Below are positions 62,931 to 64,000 of a stretch of 64,000 bases of DNA, in pieces. The DNA is from Chrysomallon squamiferum (taxonomy: Eukaryota; Animalia; Mollusca). The notes under the pieces are model-generated. The model made no database searches. It saw nothing but the letters and a program-made list of their open reading frames with translations, and was not told the DNA's origin. The position numbers were made by a program, and so were the translations under genes. The stretch lies in the NCBI GenBank assembly GCA_012295275.1, contig CM022665.1, forward strand, positions 20,336,001 through 20,400,000. Direction: 5' to 3'. How positions within the stretch are numbered: position 1 is the first letter of the stretch; each line of letters opens with the position of its first letter.

Positions 62931-63975
62931 TCATCATGATTTGAAAGCAAGGTGTATACGGATTCCTACTTTTTTTGTAAATGTGATTTATCTAAGAAAC
63001 GATATTAAAAGAAACGAGAAGTGGATTATACTGATTTGTGTTTTTAAGTTGTAATAAATTACTAATTTGTATTTACGCTGTTGTTGTTGTTAAGAAAATT
63101 AATAAAAGTTTTAGTTTTCTTGTTTTCTTCTTCTTGCATTTACGACAATTGGAGAATGTTCTTAACATTTAAATGGAAATGGAAAATCCAGACACAAGAT
63201 ATCAGGATGTTTGCATTACGTATAAAAACAGTTCTGTTGTTTTAAAAATTCAGTATCTTTGATTTTAAAAAACTGATCTGACATTTTGGTTATATTGTTT
63301 TAAACGTCATCATTTCATAAGATTAATACAGAGTATCTGAATGCAAACCTGTAACATCTTACATCTGAATATTTGTATAATGGAAACTAATAAAATAATA
63401 ATAATAATAAATAATAATAGAAAACAAAATAGCAGTACAATACATCAAAGTAAAGAAATAAGATAATGTAATGTAACGTAAGGTAACGTATCATAACATA
63501 GGAGAGCATAACATAACCTAGAATAACGTAATATAACAAGTCAAATCAACTCAAAAATAAAATGAATAATGAATGAATCAGTAATTAAGATTTCATGAAA
63601 GTCTAAAGTGTAAGCACGGACAAAAAACTGTAAACAATTTAGGCAAAGCGAAATGAAATTGTTATTATTTTTTTTTTTTTGTTTATCTGTAGAAAGTTTC
63701 GGGCAAATCAACGTTTCTTTTGCCACTACACTGACCTATATGAACAAATTAATCTCTGTAAGCCAGTGACTACGTTTCTTTGTACTGAATAAATATTATA
63801 GACTCAAAATTATCTACTTAGTCTGTGTTTTCCAAATAAATATTAAAAATAGACACATAACTAGAAAATAAACAGTTTCAAATATTTTAAAGAATGGACC
63901 TGCATCGTGATTGACTTTCTAAAACATTCAAAATGTTGGAATGGTGGACACACAAACACACAGACGCAACTGTAA
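62860..63975. repeat. inverted paralogue of the copy A downstream flank (about 17815-19880)
   Basis: For example aacagaactgtttttatacgtaatgc and gtgtccaccattccaaca occur as reverse complements in both places. Confidence 0.9.
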
Positions 63976-64000
63976 ACACAAAGACAGAACTCCGGAAACA

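Overview
AT-rich, microsatellite-dense animal genomic DNA with spliceosomal introns. It is most plausibly a marine invertebrate such as a mollusc, although the taxon cannot be proven from this window. (1) 1-8006: the 5' two-thirds of a DEG/ENaC (amiloride-sensitive/FaNaC-like) channel gene on the minus strand. Seven exons were reconstructed with consistent phases, including an 18-nt micro-exon and a GC-AG intron, and the conserved HG motif reads NG. (2) 13086-13782: a candidate small orphan two-exon gene with a C2HC zinc-finger-like motif. (3) 16.9-62 kb, the main signal: a cluster of six paralogues plus two 3' fragments of one three-exon gene. Splicing fuses a triose-phosphate/PEP-translocator-type (TPT, SLC35E-like) transporter to a membrane-anchored Pvg1/EpsO-like polysaccharide pyruvyltransferase (about 750 aa). 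This looks like a single-polypeptide Golgi PEP-import plus glycan-pyruvylation module. Copies A (minus) and E (plus) are intact. F has one frameshift, B one nonsense codon, C is truncated and D carries several microhomology-flanked deletions. The paralogues are mosaics of one another and sit among direct and inverted segmental duplications, MITEs and minisatellites. Family assignments come from motif recognition, not database searches.
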